DNA from: an uncultured Acidobacteriota bacterium
GTDB taxonomy: Bacteria; Acidobacteriota; Blastocatellia; RBC074
Length of the DNA stretch: 64,000 nt
Assembly (NCBI GenBank): GCA_963796275.1
Contig: CAWCKY010000003.1
Span: 288,001 to 352,000, forward strand
Direction: 5' to 3'
Shown: positions 54,949 through 64,000 of the stretch, piece by piece
How positions within the stretch are numbered: position 1 is the first letter of the stretch
Layout of the letters: each line of letters begins with the position of its first letter
Position numbers and translations under genes: made by a program
Notes under the pieces: model-generated
Told to the model about the DNA's origin: nothing
Seen by the model: only the letters and a program-made list of their open reading frames with translations
The model's database searches: none

Positions 54949-57900
54949 ATGAGTAAAAAAATACTTCTCCATTCACCCTCCTACCGCATTCGCACATCGA
55001 GAGTGGTTCTGATCATCTGCGCGCTCTACCTGGCCTACCCAAATTTTATTACCAGCCAGGCTCAACAAACCGCACCCAAGCGGGCGTTAACGCATCAGGA
55101 TTACGACGACTGGCGTGCGATCCAGGGAGAACAGATTTCGCGGAATGGCAAATTCATAGCTTATTCTCTCACCCCGCAAGATGGGGATGGAGAACTCGTC
55201 GTACGGAACCTGGCGACAGGAACGGAGTATAGGCACGGTCGCGGTTGGCGTCCGCCCGCGCCGAGGCCCGATTTCGATGATCCGGCGGCGGCGCAGGCAT
55301 TCATCGGCAGGATGAATCGACTTACCAGACCAACCTTCACGGCCGACAGCCGCTTCGTCGTCTTCTCGATTGAGCCGAACAAGACAGATATTCTCAAAGC
55401 CCGGAGAGAGAAGAAGAAGCCGGAGGAGATGCCTAAGATCGCACTGGGCATTATGGATTTATCGAGCGGTCAGGTAACGCGCGTCGAAAAAGTCAAAAAT
55501 TTCCAGGTCCCCGAAGATGGAACGGGATTTATCGTTTATCTGTTAGAACCACTGCCGGAAGGGACGGCTGACCAGAAGAGAACAGATGGGGCAGGAGCGA
55601 AGGCCGGGCCAAGGGCAGGGGTAAGGGCAACGGGGACGGCGACGGCAACGGCACCGGCAGGTGCTCGGGCCGCTTCTGAGAGACCAGCCGGTGTGGGGGC
55701 GAAAAGGTCGGGCGAGCGGAAAAAAGAGTATGGCTCGGACCTGGTGGTGCTTAATCTTTCCAATAACAGCGAACGAACGATCGCAGACGTCCTCGAATAC
55801 AGTTTCAGCAAAGATGCGAAGAATGTGGTTTACACAGTGTCGGCCAAAAAAGAAGAGGGCAATGGCATCTACACCGTCACACCGGAGAGCGATGCCGCGC
55901 CGGTTGAGCTACTGGCGGGGAGGGGCAAGTACGATAGGATAACGTGGGATGAAGACCAGACGCAGTTGGCTTTCATCAGCGACCGCGACGATGCTTCTGC
56001 CGATCAACCGAAGTTCAAGCTCTATCATTGGGATCGCCGATCGCCGAAAGCTGCGGAGATCGTTTCTGCCGCGAGTCCCAATTTTCGTTCGGGCATGGTC
56101 ATCAGCGATAAGGCCTCGCTCAGCTTCTCGCTAGATGGCAGCCATTTGTTCTTCGGGGTTGCGCCTCTGCCGGAAAGCGAAAAAGAGCGGGATGCGGAGG
56201 AATCGTCCGACGAAAAAGTCATCGTCGATCTCTGGCATTGGAAAGACGATTACATCCAACCGATGCAGAAGGTGCGTGCTGAACGGGATCGCAATCGCTC
56301 GTATCGCGCCGTCTATCACTTAATAGAGAATAAATTTATTCAGCTTGCGGATGAAACTTTGCAGGACGTCAATACATCGGCTAACGGGTTGTGGGCGATC
56401 GGACTCGATGATCGCGACTACCGCACAACCATCGGATGGGAGTCGTTCGGCGGAATTGCTGATATCTATCTTGTAAATACGCGCGACGGATCGCGCAAGG
56501 AAGTGCTGAAGAAGAACAGGTCCAACGTGGCGCTATCGCCGAACGGCAAGTACGGGCTTTTCTTCGACGGCAAGGACTGGAATACATTCTCCACAGCAAA
56601 CGGCAAAATTACCAACATAACAAAGAATTTGACGGTTGGGTTTTGGCGCGAAGATAACGATGTTCCAAATACGCCGCCGCCATACGGAAATGCCGGATGG
56701 GCCAAGGACGATAAATATGTGCTCCTGTACGATCGGTACGACATCTGGCAGGTTGCACCCGACGGCTCATCGGCGAAAAATCTGACTGACGGTGTGGGGC
56801 GCAAGGAGAGCATAGAATTCCGTTATGTTCGCCTCGACCCTGATGAGAGGTGGATCGATCCGTTCAATCCGATTTTGCTCCGCGCCGAAAACCAGTCGAC
56901 ATTCGACTCCGGTTTTTATCGCGACCGCATCGACGGCGGAATGCCGGAGAGACTTTTCATGGCGGCGAAGAGCTTCGCGCAGCCTACCAAAGCGAAAGAC
57001 GTCGACACGCTCATGCTCACCGCCACGCGTTTCGATGAATTCCCCGATATTTACATCACCGATTCGAATTTCAAGGAGTTGAAGAAGTCCAGCAACGCGG
57101 GCGCGCAGAGGGAGAAATTCCTGTGGGGCAAAGCGGAGTTGATTCGATATAAGAACACTGACGGAGTTTTATTGAGCGGGATACTGATCAAGCCCGAGAA
57201 TTTCGACCCGACGGAGAAGTATCCGATGATGGTCTACATCTATGAGAAGCTTTCGGACAGCCTGCATCGCTTCGTCAATCCTTCTCCCGGTACGTCGATC
57301 AATGCCTCGTTCTATGCAAGCAACGGTTACCTGGTTCTGATGCCCGACATCGTCTACACGATCGGCTATCCGGGGCAAAGCGCGCTCAAATGCGTGCTGC
57401 CCGCGATCCAGTCGATCATCGATAAAGGCTATGTCAAGGAAGACGCCATCGGCATTCAGGGTCACAGTTGGGGCGGTTATCAGATAGCGTATATGGTGAC
57501 ACAGACGAACCGCTTTCGCGCTGCCGCGCCCGGCGCGTTGGTTGGAAATATGACGAGCGCCTACAGCGGCATTCGATGGGGCACCGGGTTGCCGCGCCAA
57601 TTCCAGTACGAACATACGCAGAGCCGCATCGGCGGAAATCTCTGGGAATTCCCCATCCGTTTTATCGAGAACTCCCCGGTCTTCCACGCACAACGGGTAC
57701 AGACGCCGATCCTCTCGCTGCACAATGACAACGATGACGCGGTGCCTTGGTATCAGGGCATTGAGTACTACCTCGCGCTGCGCCGGCTCGGCAAAGAGGT
57801 CTATCTGTTCAATTACAACGGCGAGTATCACGGTCTGCGCAAGAGGCATAACCAGAAGGATTACACTAGGCGACTGCAGGAATTCTTCGACCATTACCTG

Positions 57901-58017
57901 AAGGGCGCGCCCAAGCCCGAATGGATGGAGAAGGGCATCCCATATCTAGAACGGGAGAAAGAGAAGGATAAATATAAGACCGCTTCGGATAATAAGGAAA
58001 AAGCGCAGAATAATTGA
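54949..58017 (+). CDS. S9 family (prolyl oligopeptidase-like) peptidase
   Basis: Signal peptide, beta-propeller, GHSWGGY, DDAVPW, HGL catalytic triad motifs. Confidence 0.92.
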   Translation: MSKKILLHSPSYRIRTSRVVLIICALYLAYPNFITSQAQQTAPKRALTHQDYDDWRAIQGEQISRNGKFIAYSLTPQDGDGELVVRNLATGTEYRHGRGWRPPAPRPDFDDPAAAQAFIGRMNRLTRPTFTADSRFVVFSIEPNKTDILKARREKKKPEEMPKIALGIMDLSSGQVTRVEKVKNFQVPEDGTGFIVYLLEPLPEGTADQKRTDGAGAKAGPRAGVRATGTATATAPAGARAASERPAGVGAKRSGERKKEYGSDLVVLNLSNNSERTIADVLEYSFSKDAKNVVYTVSAKKEEGNGIYTVTPESDAAPVELLAGRGKYDRITWDEDQTQLAFISDRDDASADQPKFKLYHWDRRSPKAAEIVSAASPNFRSGMVISDKASLSFSLDGSHLFFGVAPLPESEKERDAEESSDEKVIVDLWHWKDDYIQPMQKVRAERDRNRSYRAVYHLIENKFIQLADETLQDVNTSANGLWAIGLDDRDYRTTIGWESFGGIADIYLVNTRDGSRKEVLKKNRSNVALSPNGKYGLFFDGKDWNTFSTANGKITNITKNLTVGFWREDNDVPNTPPPYGNAGWAKDDKYVLLYDRYDIWQVAPDGSSAKNLTDGVGRKESIEFRYVRLDPDERWIDPFNPILLRAENQSTFDSGFYRDRIDGGMPERLFMAAKSFAQPTKAKDVDTLMLTATRFDEFPDIYITDSNFKELKKSSNAGAQREKFLWGKAELIRYKNTDGVLLSGILIKPENFDPTEKYPMMVYIYEKLSDSLHRFVNPSPGTSINASFYASNGYLVLMPDIVYTIGYPGQSALKCVLPAIQSIIDKGYVKEDAIGIQGHSWGGYQIAYMVTQTNRFRAAAPGALVGNMTSAYSGIRWGTGLPRQFQYEHTQSRIGGNLWEFPIRFIENSPVFHAQRVQTPILSLHNDNDDAVPWYQGIEYYLALRRLGKEVYLFNYNGEYHGLRKRHNQKDYTRRLQEFFDHYLKGAPKPEWMEKGIPYLEREKEKDKYKTASDNKEKAQNN

Positions 58018-58029
58018 TAGTTGATAGTT

Positions 58030-58370
58030 TTTAAGGTTGGCGAATTCATTCGCCGAACGGCCATCACGTCGATGGCGAAATGGATTCGCGCTTGCGTCCG
58101 CGGCATTTGCTTCAGACATAGCTCCCGCAGCTCTTTAACATCAATCGACCCGTCGGCGAGCGCGCTATAAAGGCTAGGCCACTTCCTGGTGAAGGCAGGA
58201 GCTAGCGAGAGTTCAGCATAGGAGCGCGCGGCCGGTGTCTGGATTACTGCATCCATGATTTCAAACAACGCATCGTGCTGATTTTCAAAGAGCGCGTAAA
58301 CTTGCTGACGAAAGTCCGTCAGTGAATTAATATGTTCTTGGGTTGGTTTGTTGATGGTCACGCATAACAA
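58030..58370 (-). mobile_element. Truncated N-terminal fragment of a DDE transposase (IS4/IS701-like), enclosed by heptamer arms 58011-58450
   Basis: FRQQVY..F....DALFEIMDAV...SYAELSL.P.F.R.W.SLY.AL.DG...FAID; truncated at the repeat arm. Confidence 0.65.
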
Positions 58371-58443
58371 CTAACCCTGGCGCGGCTGTGGTGGAAGCCC
58401 CAGCCGCGTTTATCTAAAGTCGAGAACTATCAACTATCAATTA

Positions 58444-59058
58444 TCAATTACTAAGGTATGGTCTTTGAGCCCTGGCCTCTCGCAGCGCGTATCCCCACCA
58501 CGCGAGCTGGTCGAGCATAGATTTTGCCATTCTTTCATAGCCGTCAGGAGTCTTCGGCTGACCTTCGGCGTCGAATTGCGCCCATGCACTGTGAAAGCTA
58601 ACCGTATTGCGGACGGTGACTGCATGCAGCTCCGCGTATATCTGGCGAAGCTGTTCCACCGCTCGCAAACCTCCGCTAATACCGCCGTATGAGACGAATC
58701 CGATCGGCTTGGCTAGCCAAACTCGGGAGTGCCAATCGATGGCGGTTTTGAGTGGTGCGGGAAAGCTGTGGTTGTATTCCGGGGTCACGACGACGAACGC
58801 ATCGGCGTGCGTAAGCCGAGGCGTGATGGCCGCCACCTCGGGGGCTGGTTGCTCAGATAGAATGTCGGGCAATCGGGCCTCTGCCAGATCGATGACGTCT
58901 ACGGTCATATCGTCCCGCTTTCCAGCCTGGCCGGCGAACCAATTGGCCACGGTCGGCGCGAAACGGCCCTGCCTGGTGCTGCCAATAATGATCGCCAGAT
59001 GAAGGATGTTATCGTCGCCTGTGGTCGCTATTGGTGAATGCTGTTCCGTCATCTCCAT
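58444..59058 (-). CDS. NADPH-dependent FMN reductase
   Basis: GSTR.GR, TPEYNHS.PA.LK.AIDW, SYGG.SGG.RA. Confidence 0.92.
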   Translation of the reverse strand: MEMTEQHSPIATTGDDNILHLAIIIGSTRQGRFAPTVANWFAGQAGKRDDMTVDVIDLAEARLPDILSEQPAPEVAAITPRLTHADAFVVVTPEYNHSFPAPLKTAIDWHSRVWLAKPIGFVSYGGISGGLRAVEQLRQIYAELHAVTVRNTVSFHSAWAQFDAEGQPKTPDGYERMAKSMLDQLAWWGYALREARAQRPYLSN

Positions 59059-59090
59059 TATCGTGTCTCCTTTCTCTTTTATGCGTCTCG

Positions 59091-59792
59091 TTAGTTTGCT
59101 GGTTGGCTCGCCAGACTGCGCGCGAGGCGGTATCGCTTATATCCGCTCGATTTGATTCCGGAGAAGTTGCGCACATCGCGCCACTTGGAACCCGATCCGA
59201 TGCTGTCTTGACCTGACCGGTCAATAGCATCGCGGTGAGACCCTTCATCGGTCCACTCCGCATAATTGAGTACGCGCGCGCCGTCGATGCTGATGTGGAA
59301 GTGTCCGGAGATTCCGCCGGGATGCAACTCGGTCTCGGACTCCAGCGCTTCGAAGACAGCATCGACCCATCGCTTCTGCCGCCGCTCGTCGGGTCCATCG
59401 AACTCTACCGAGACCATAACGACGCACCCGGGAACTGGCGCATCGAGCCTGACGCCGCTTCGGTACAGCCGGTAGTTGGCCGGTCCGCTGCGCTCGATCC
59501 CCGTAACGGCGCGGTCGATCTGCTCGACCCGTAAACGGGAGTTGGTCTTCTCAAAGATGTGGTAGGCATCGTCCCCGGTCCACTGGGCGTAGTTCAGGAC
59601 TGTTTCGCCATCGGTGCTCAGGAAGAGGTTTACCGACAGCAGGCCCTGTGGCCACGGCGCATCTTCCCATGCGGTGACGAAAGCTTCGACAAGAGCCTGC
59701 TGCCGCTCAGGCGTATCAACCTTCCATTCGCTGACCAAAATAGTGCGAGCGTCGGGCCGGGCGATGTCGGGCAATTTTGCGCTGACGATCAT
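59091..59792 (-). CDS. Two-domain antibiotic biosynthesis monooxygenase (ABM)-like protein
   Basis: Duplicated S.DG..VLNYA.WT motif. Confidence 0.75.
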   Translation of the reverse strand: MIVSAKLPDIARPDARTILVSEWKVDTPERQQALVEAFVTAWEDAPWPQGLLSVNLFLSTDGETVLNYAQWTGDDAYHIFEKTNSRLRVEQIDRAVTGIERSGPANYRLYRSGVRLDAPVPGCVVMVSVEFDGPDERRQKRWVDAVFEALESETELHPGGISGHFHISIDGARVLNYAEWTDEGSHRDAIDRSGQDSIGSGSKWRDVRNFSGIKSSGYKRYRLARSLASQPAN

Positions 59793-59914
59793 TGCGATCT
59801 CCTTCGGGTCAGAGCACGCACTCGCGCGGCGGTGGCCAGTAGTTGATAAACGACATTTCGACCGATTTTGCCGGTCGCCCCCGCGACCAGGGTCGTCTTT
59901 ATCTCATTGCTCAT
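59789..59914 (-). pseudogene. 41-aa N-terminal stub of an NmrA/SDR-type NAD(P)-binding protein
   Basis: MSNEIKTTLVAGATGKIGRNVV..L......VRALTR; stop overlaps the ABM ATG; GGAGG RBS. Confidence 0.6.
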
Positions 59915-59960
59915 ATTTTCCTCCCTCCATTTTTCACTGCTCGATTTTGAAGACAATTGC

Positions 59961-59991
59961 ATCCTACAAGTTCAAGTGAACTTGAAGTCAA
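59961..59991 (-). promoter_or_regulatory. SoxR-activated promoter with SoxR box
   Basis: Minus strand TTGACT-19 nt-TAGGAT; dyad TTCAAGT-ga-ACTTGAA (59971-59986) resembles the SoxR consensus CCTCAAGTTAACTTGAGG. Confidence 0.88.
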
Positions 59992-60017
59992 TAGGGGTAA
60001 TGTAATATTTTTTTGCT

Positions 60018-60467
60018 ATGTCATTACTTCTCACAATCAGCGAGGTTTCGCGTCGCAGCGGCGTCGCGGCATCGGCTCTGCGTTACTACGAAGAGAAGGG
60101 GCTAATCAAGTCTGAACGGATAGGATCGGCTGGCCATCGCCGTTATCCGCGGGCGGTTCTGAGAGTAGTTGCGTTCATAGTTTTCGCGCAGCGGATTGGG
60201 CTAAGTCTTGAAGAGATAGGAGCTGAGCTGGCCAAGCTGCCGGACGATCGAGTGCCAGAGGGCTCGGATTGGGCCAAGCTCTCAAGTGGCTGGACCGGCC
60301 GCATCGACGAGCGAATAGCCGAGCTAGAGCGGCTGCGGGCGGGCCTCACACAATGCATCGGCTGTGGCTGCCTGTCGCTGGAAAAGTGCAAACTTGTGAA
60401 CTCCGGCGACCGTGCGGCGCGCGGCGGCCCTGGCCCGCGCTATTGGCTTGGCGACCAACGAAAATAA
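60018..60467 (+). CDS. soxR: Redox-sensitive transcriptional activator SoxR
   Basis: MerR HTH (RSGVA.SALR.YE); 2Fe-2S motif CIGCGCLSL..C. Confidence 0.95.
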   Translation: MSLLLTISEVSRRSGVAASALRYYEEKGLIKSERIGSAGHRRYPRAVLRVVAFIVFAQRIGLSLEEIGAELAKLPDDRVPEGSDWAKLSSGWTGRIDERIAELERLRAGLTQCIGCGCLSLEKCKLVNSGDRAARGGPGPRYWLGDQRK

Positions 60468-60545
60468 TTGATAATTGATAGTTGGTAAACACTGTGTCAA
60501 CAATCTATACGAACTATCAACTATCAACTATTAATTATCAAATTA
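60464..60545. repeat. MITE-like heptamer-armed element
   Basis: taattga/tagttg ... aactatc arms; core homologous to 45489-45564. Confidence 0.65.
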
Positions 60546-61252
60546 TGATGAAATCTACAGTTGAGCAAATCCGGGAGCGCTTCGATCGCGACGTCGAACG
60601 CTTCTCGAACCTGGAGACCGGGCAATCTGCCACGGTGGACGCACCGATCACCTTGGATCTGATCGCTAGCGTGGCGGCGGTGAGCACACCATCCGCAACT
60701 CATCTACTAGACATCGGATGCGGCGCCGGCAACTACGCGCTGAAGATTCTGCAGAACCTGCCGAACCTCAACATCACTCTCGTTGACCTGAGCAGGCCAA
60801 TGCTCGACCGCGCTGTCGAGCGAGTGCGCCCGGTGACAGAGGGCGAGATCAAGACGGCGCAGGGTGACATACGTGAACTCGACCTCGGCGAATCGCAGTT
60901 CGACATCATCGTTGCAGCGGCCGTGTTTCACCACTTGCGAGAAGATAGCGAGTGGTCGAGCGTCTTTCGCAAATGCCATCGCGCACTGAAGCCGGGAGGG
61001 GCGATTTGGATATCCGATCTCGTGGCGCATCCGAACCCGGATGTGCAAGCCGTGATGTGGGCGCGATACGGAGCATATCTGGAGCATTTGCGCGGGCCTG
61101 AGTATAGAGAGCACGTGTTCGACTACATCGAGCAGGAGGACACGCCGCGATCGGTGACTTATCAAGTCGACCTGCTGCGCGCGGTCGGCTTCCGGGAAGT
61201 GGAGATTTTGCACAAGAACGGTTGCTTCGCCGCCTTTGGCGCCATCAAGTGA
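60545..61252 (+). CDS. Class I SAM-dependent methyltransferase
   Basis: LLDIGCGAG, VDLS..ML, FDII, LKPGG. Confidence 0.88.
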   Translation: MMKSTVEQIRERFDRDVERFSNLETGQSATVDAPITLDLIASVAAVSTPSATHLLDIGCGAGNYALKILQNLPNLNITLVDLSRPMLDRAVERVRPVTEGEIKTAQGDIRELDLGESQFDIIVAAAVFHHLREDSEWSSVFRKCHRALKPGGAIWISDLVAHPNPDVQAVMWARYGAYLEHLRGPEYREHVFDYIEQEDTPRSVTYQVDLLRAVGFREVEILHKNGCFAAFGAIK

Positions 61253-61262
61253 CGGAGCCAAT

Positions 61263-62285
61263 ATGCGCATTCTCGTGATCGGCGGGACGGGGTTCATCGG
61301 TGCTCGTGTGCTGCGCCATCTGCATGTCGAAGGACATGAGGTGATGGTCTTCCATCGCGGGCAGACGGAGACTTGATTGCTGCCGACAGTCCAAAACATC
61401 TCGGGTAACCGGCAAGCATTGCCATCGTTCGCCGCGGAGTTCCGGCGATTCTCGCCACAGGTGGCGCTCGATGTCATTCCCTATTCGGAACAGGACGCGC
61501 TGACGCTGATGCAGACCATGCGTGGGATTACCGACCGCGTGGTGGCGCTCAGCAGTCAGGATGTCTACCGCGCTTATGGCATCTTCACACGGCTCGAGGA
61601 GGGATTACTCGAACCTACGCCATACGATGAGAACGCGCCGCTGCGATCGCGCCTCTATCCATATCGCGCACTCGCCCTGGGGCCCGATGAATTGAGCTAT
61701 CACTACGAGAAGATTCTGGTCGAACGGGCAGTGATGAATGAGCCGGATTTGCCCGGGACGATCTTGCGCCTGCCACAAGTATATGGCCCTGGTGACTCGC
61801 ATCATCGTCTGTTCGACTATTTGAAACGGATGGATGATGGCCGGCAATGGATTCTGTTAGGCGATACGCAGTGCGAGTGGCGCTGGACGCGCGGTTATGT
61901 CGAGAACGTCGCGGCGGCGATTGCGCTGGCTGTGACGGATGAGCGGGCGGCCGGGGGAATTTACAATGTGGGCGAACCAAAAGCGTTGAGCGAAGCGGAA
62001 TGGGTGCGAGTTGTAGGTGATACCGCCGGATGGAATGGCGCGATCGTTGCAATGCCAGAAGAGATACTGCCGGCGCATCTGGCCTCACCATATAATTGGC
62101 GGCAATCGCTGGCGGCGGAGACGAGCCGAATCAGAACAGAGCTGGGTTATCAAGAGAAGATTCCACCCGAGGAGGCACAACAGAAGGCTGTGGAATGGGA
62201 GCGGGCCAATCCGCCGGTGGAGATTGATGCAAAGCGTTTCGACTATGCTGCCGAGGATTTGGCGCTATCGAGGTTAATCGACTGA
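61263..62285 (+). CDS. NAD-dependent epimerase/dehydratase; in-frame TGA at 61374-61376
   Basis: MRILVIGGTGFIG at 61263 is in the same frame as ORF 61377-62285 (SS.DVY, YEK, LRLP.VYGPGD). Confidence 0.8.
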
Positions 62286-62778
62286 AGAGTACGTGAATAA
62301 TCCAGGGTCCCGCCTGGTTGTGATTAGTCGGCGCCAGAGATCAGGATGAAACTTTTTTGCAGATTCAGCGTTCTATGTCCACAATGGCTGGCGATCTGAT
62401 CTATGAAGTGCACAGTATCCGCCTGCGACCGGAATGAGTCCATCATAAAATAGGTAAGTAATCGGTAGAGGTTGAATCTCAAATAGCTTAACTTGATGCC
62501 GTTAAATGCATAAATCAAAAGTTTCTCACTTACCCTGACATTATTTTTGTCATGTTTCGCCAAATTCTTTCACTTCTCAGTGAAAGAAGATACCGGTCGA
62601 TATTATAAACTTCCGGTCCTGTCTCTAGCGCTACACAGCCGAGTTATGAATCGTTAAAACACTCGCCACCCCTCAGCGCAGAGCCTTATATCAAATAAAA
62701 GCGAATGTCTTCGCTGGAATACCTTTCAAGGAAGCGAGCGCGAAGTTTGCGCTGGCGTAAGGAAGGAGTGCGCGGAGG

Positions 62779-64000
62779 GTGCAAGCGGCAGCACGATTAA
62801 ATGATCCGATAGCTCATACCAGCGCGATGGAGGGATTGATCGGGGGAGCGATAGCCGGCGCCGTAATAGGCGCAGGACTGATGGTTGGTGCTGCGCTCAT
62901 TATCGGGACAGGCGGATTGGCAGCACCGGCCTTGATCGGCGCAGCGCTCGCCGGTGCAGCAATGGGCGCGTGGGTCGGCGAGTTCGCAGGATCGCTTTCA
63001 TTCTTCAACAACGAAACTGGGAATATCGCCACTGGATCGCCCGACATCTTCGTCAATTTCAAGCCGCTGGCGCGGGCGATAGCAGACACGGGGAAATGCA
63101 ATAAAGACGGACCAGAGCCGACACAGATCGCGACAGGCTCGAGTAACGTATTCATCAACGGATTCCCGGCGGCCCGAGTCGATGACAAGCTGATTTGCGG
63201 AAGCTTTATCGTCGAAGGCAGTCCCAATGTCTTCATTGGCGGGGGACAGGTAACGTTCAAGACTGTTGAGGAAGAAGTGCCGTGGTGGCTTCACGGCATA
63301 GTGATGGGTGGCGGAATAGCGGGGGCTTTGTTACTGGGCGGGTGGGCGGTGATTCCGGGCATGGTGGGCGGGTTTGCCGCAGGCTATGTGGGTGGCGGAG
63401 TGATGGGATGGGTGGGACGACAAGCAGGGGATTGGTTGAGTGAAAAGGTTGGCGGGACGCCATCGGATTGGGAGAAGGCGGGTGCGTTCGTGGGGCAGGC
63501 GGTAGGCGGGTGGCTTGGAGCGAAGGGTGGGCCGAAGGCATCGGAATTAGCCAGGCGGATCGAGGTCGAGCCGAACACGCTGGGGATGAATGGTGGTAAC
63601 ATTCGTATCCCACCTCGGCAGAGGCCGTTGAAAACTAAAGAGATGCAACGTGCTTACAAAGGTGAGGAAATACCGGATAATCCGAACAACTGGCTTGGGG
63701 GAAGTAGCACGGTCGAATACCTTAACGAGGCTGGGAGGGCAGAGAAACTTTTGACCGTCAAGGATGGAAAGCTCTACGGCGCCGATGGAAAATTATTTGA
63801 CACATCAGAGGCCTCGGCTATTTTCAGTGATAGGGCAATATACGTTATGGACGAGAATGGAAACTTTTATGCATCTCTTAGACAAGAGCGTGGTGTATTT
63901 CATCATTCCAGCATTCTTGCAGGGAAGCCGGTCGCCGGGGCAGGCGAGATTGAAGTCGCCAGAGGAGAAATTCAATATATCAATCGCAGCAGTGGACACT
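62779..64000 (+). CDS. prePAAR-TMD-PAAR-TMD effector with a C-terminal putative toxin domain; runs off the window end
   Basis: Open frame from GTG 62779: AARLNDPIAH, Gly/Ala TM segments, TGS..VF.NG.PAARVDD...CG..I.EGS.NVFIGG, then HHSSILAG.PVAGAGE...SSGH; absent from the ORF track because there is no stop in the window. Confidence 0.85.
   Translation, partial: MQAAARLNDPIAHTSAMEGLIGGAIAGAVIGAGLMVGAALIIGTGGLAAPALIGAALAGAAMGAWVGEFAGSLSFFNNETGNIATGSPDIFVNFKPLARAIADTGKCNKDGPEPTQIATGSSNVFINGFPAARVDDKLICGSFIVEGSPNVFIGGGQVTFKTVEEEVPWWLHGIVMGGGIAGALLLGGWAVIPGMVGGFAAGYVGGGVMGWVGRQAGDWLSEKVGGTPSDWEKAGAFVGQAVGGWLGAKGGPKASELARRIEVEPNTLGMNGGNIRIPPRQRPLKTKEMQRAYKGEEIPDNPNNWLGGSSTVEYLNEAGRAEKLLTVKDGKLYGADGKLFDTSEASAIFSDRAIYVMDENGNFYASLRQERGVFHHSSILAGKPVAGAGEIEVARGEIQYINRSSGH

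Noticed and set aside
11661-60545. CRISPR array explanation for the repeats
   Set aside because: Units are 7-9 nt tandem and inverted, there are no regularly spaced 25-45 nt repeats with unique spacers, and no cas genes were found
61374-61376. In-frame TGA in the epimerase as selenocysteine or programmed readthrough
   Set aside because: It falls in a non-catalytic loop where no Cys is expected, no SECIS-like hairpin was recognised, and local error or mutation is simpler
62324-62563. 79-aa ORF as Eag chaperone or immunity gene for the PAAR effector
   Set aside because: Opposite strand, non-ATG start, and no recognisable DUF1795/DcrB features

Overview
Bacterial chromosomal window of roughly 55-58% GC (by eye). 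It is most likely from an Acidobacterium, an inference from the ADOP-type permease and gene style. 1-28.3 kb and 50.3-58 kb are mostly housekeeping genes (msbA-like, yicC, gmk, rpoZ, coaBC, UDG, murB, nfeD/slipin, recG, tsaE, nnr, Slt, pgeF, acpS, S9 peptidase). 28.4-50.3 kb is an accessory island. It holds a di-heme cytochrome c/GMC oxidoreductase operon, a sigma-54 activator with a degenerate receiver plus gvpL, an ADOP permease, a wHTH-AAA/AAA-WD40 module, and a gas vesicle operon (gvpA-F-G-ArsA/GET3-S/J-K-J, with no gvpN in the window). Two pairs of duplicated non-coding regions link these modules. One pair is a sigma-54 promoter plus palindromic enhancer shared by the cytochrome/GMC and gvp operons. 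Many intergenic junctions carry short-period (7-9 nt) inverted repeat arrays, some enclosing a four-helix-bundle gene, a GxxExxY remnant or a transposase fragment. The right end has a SoxR regulon and a prePAAR/PAAR effector with an IQM-like C-terminal domain, cut by the window edge. Several frameshifts, including one in essential coaBC, may be assembly errors. No rRNA, tRNA or CRISPR array was recognised. All family assignments come from motif recognition by eye, not from database searches.
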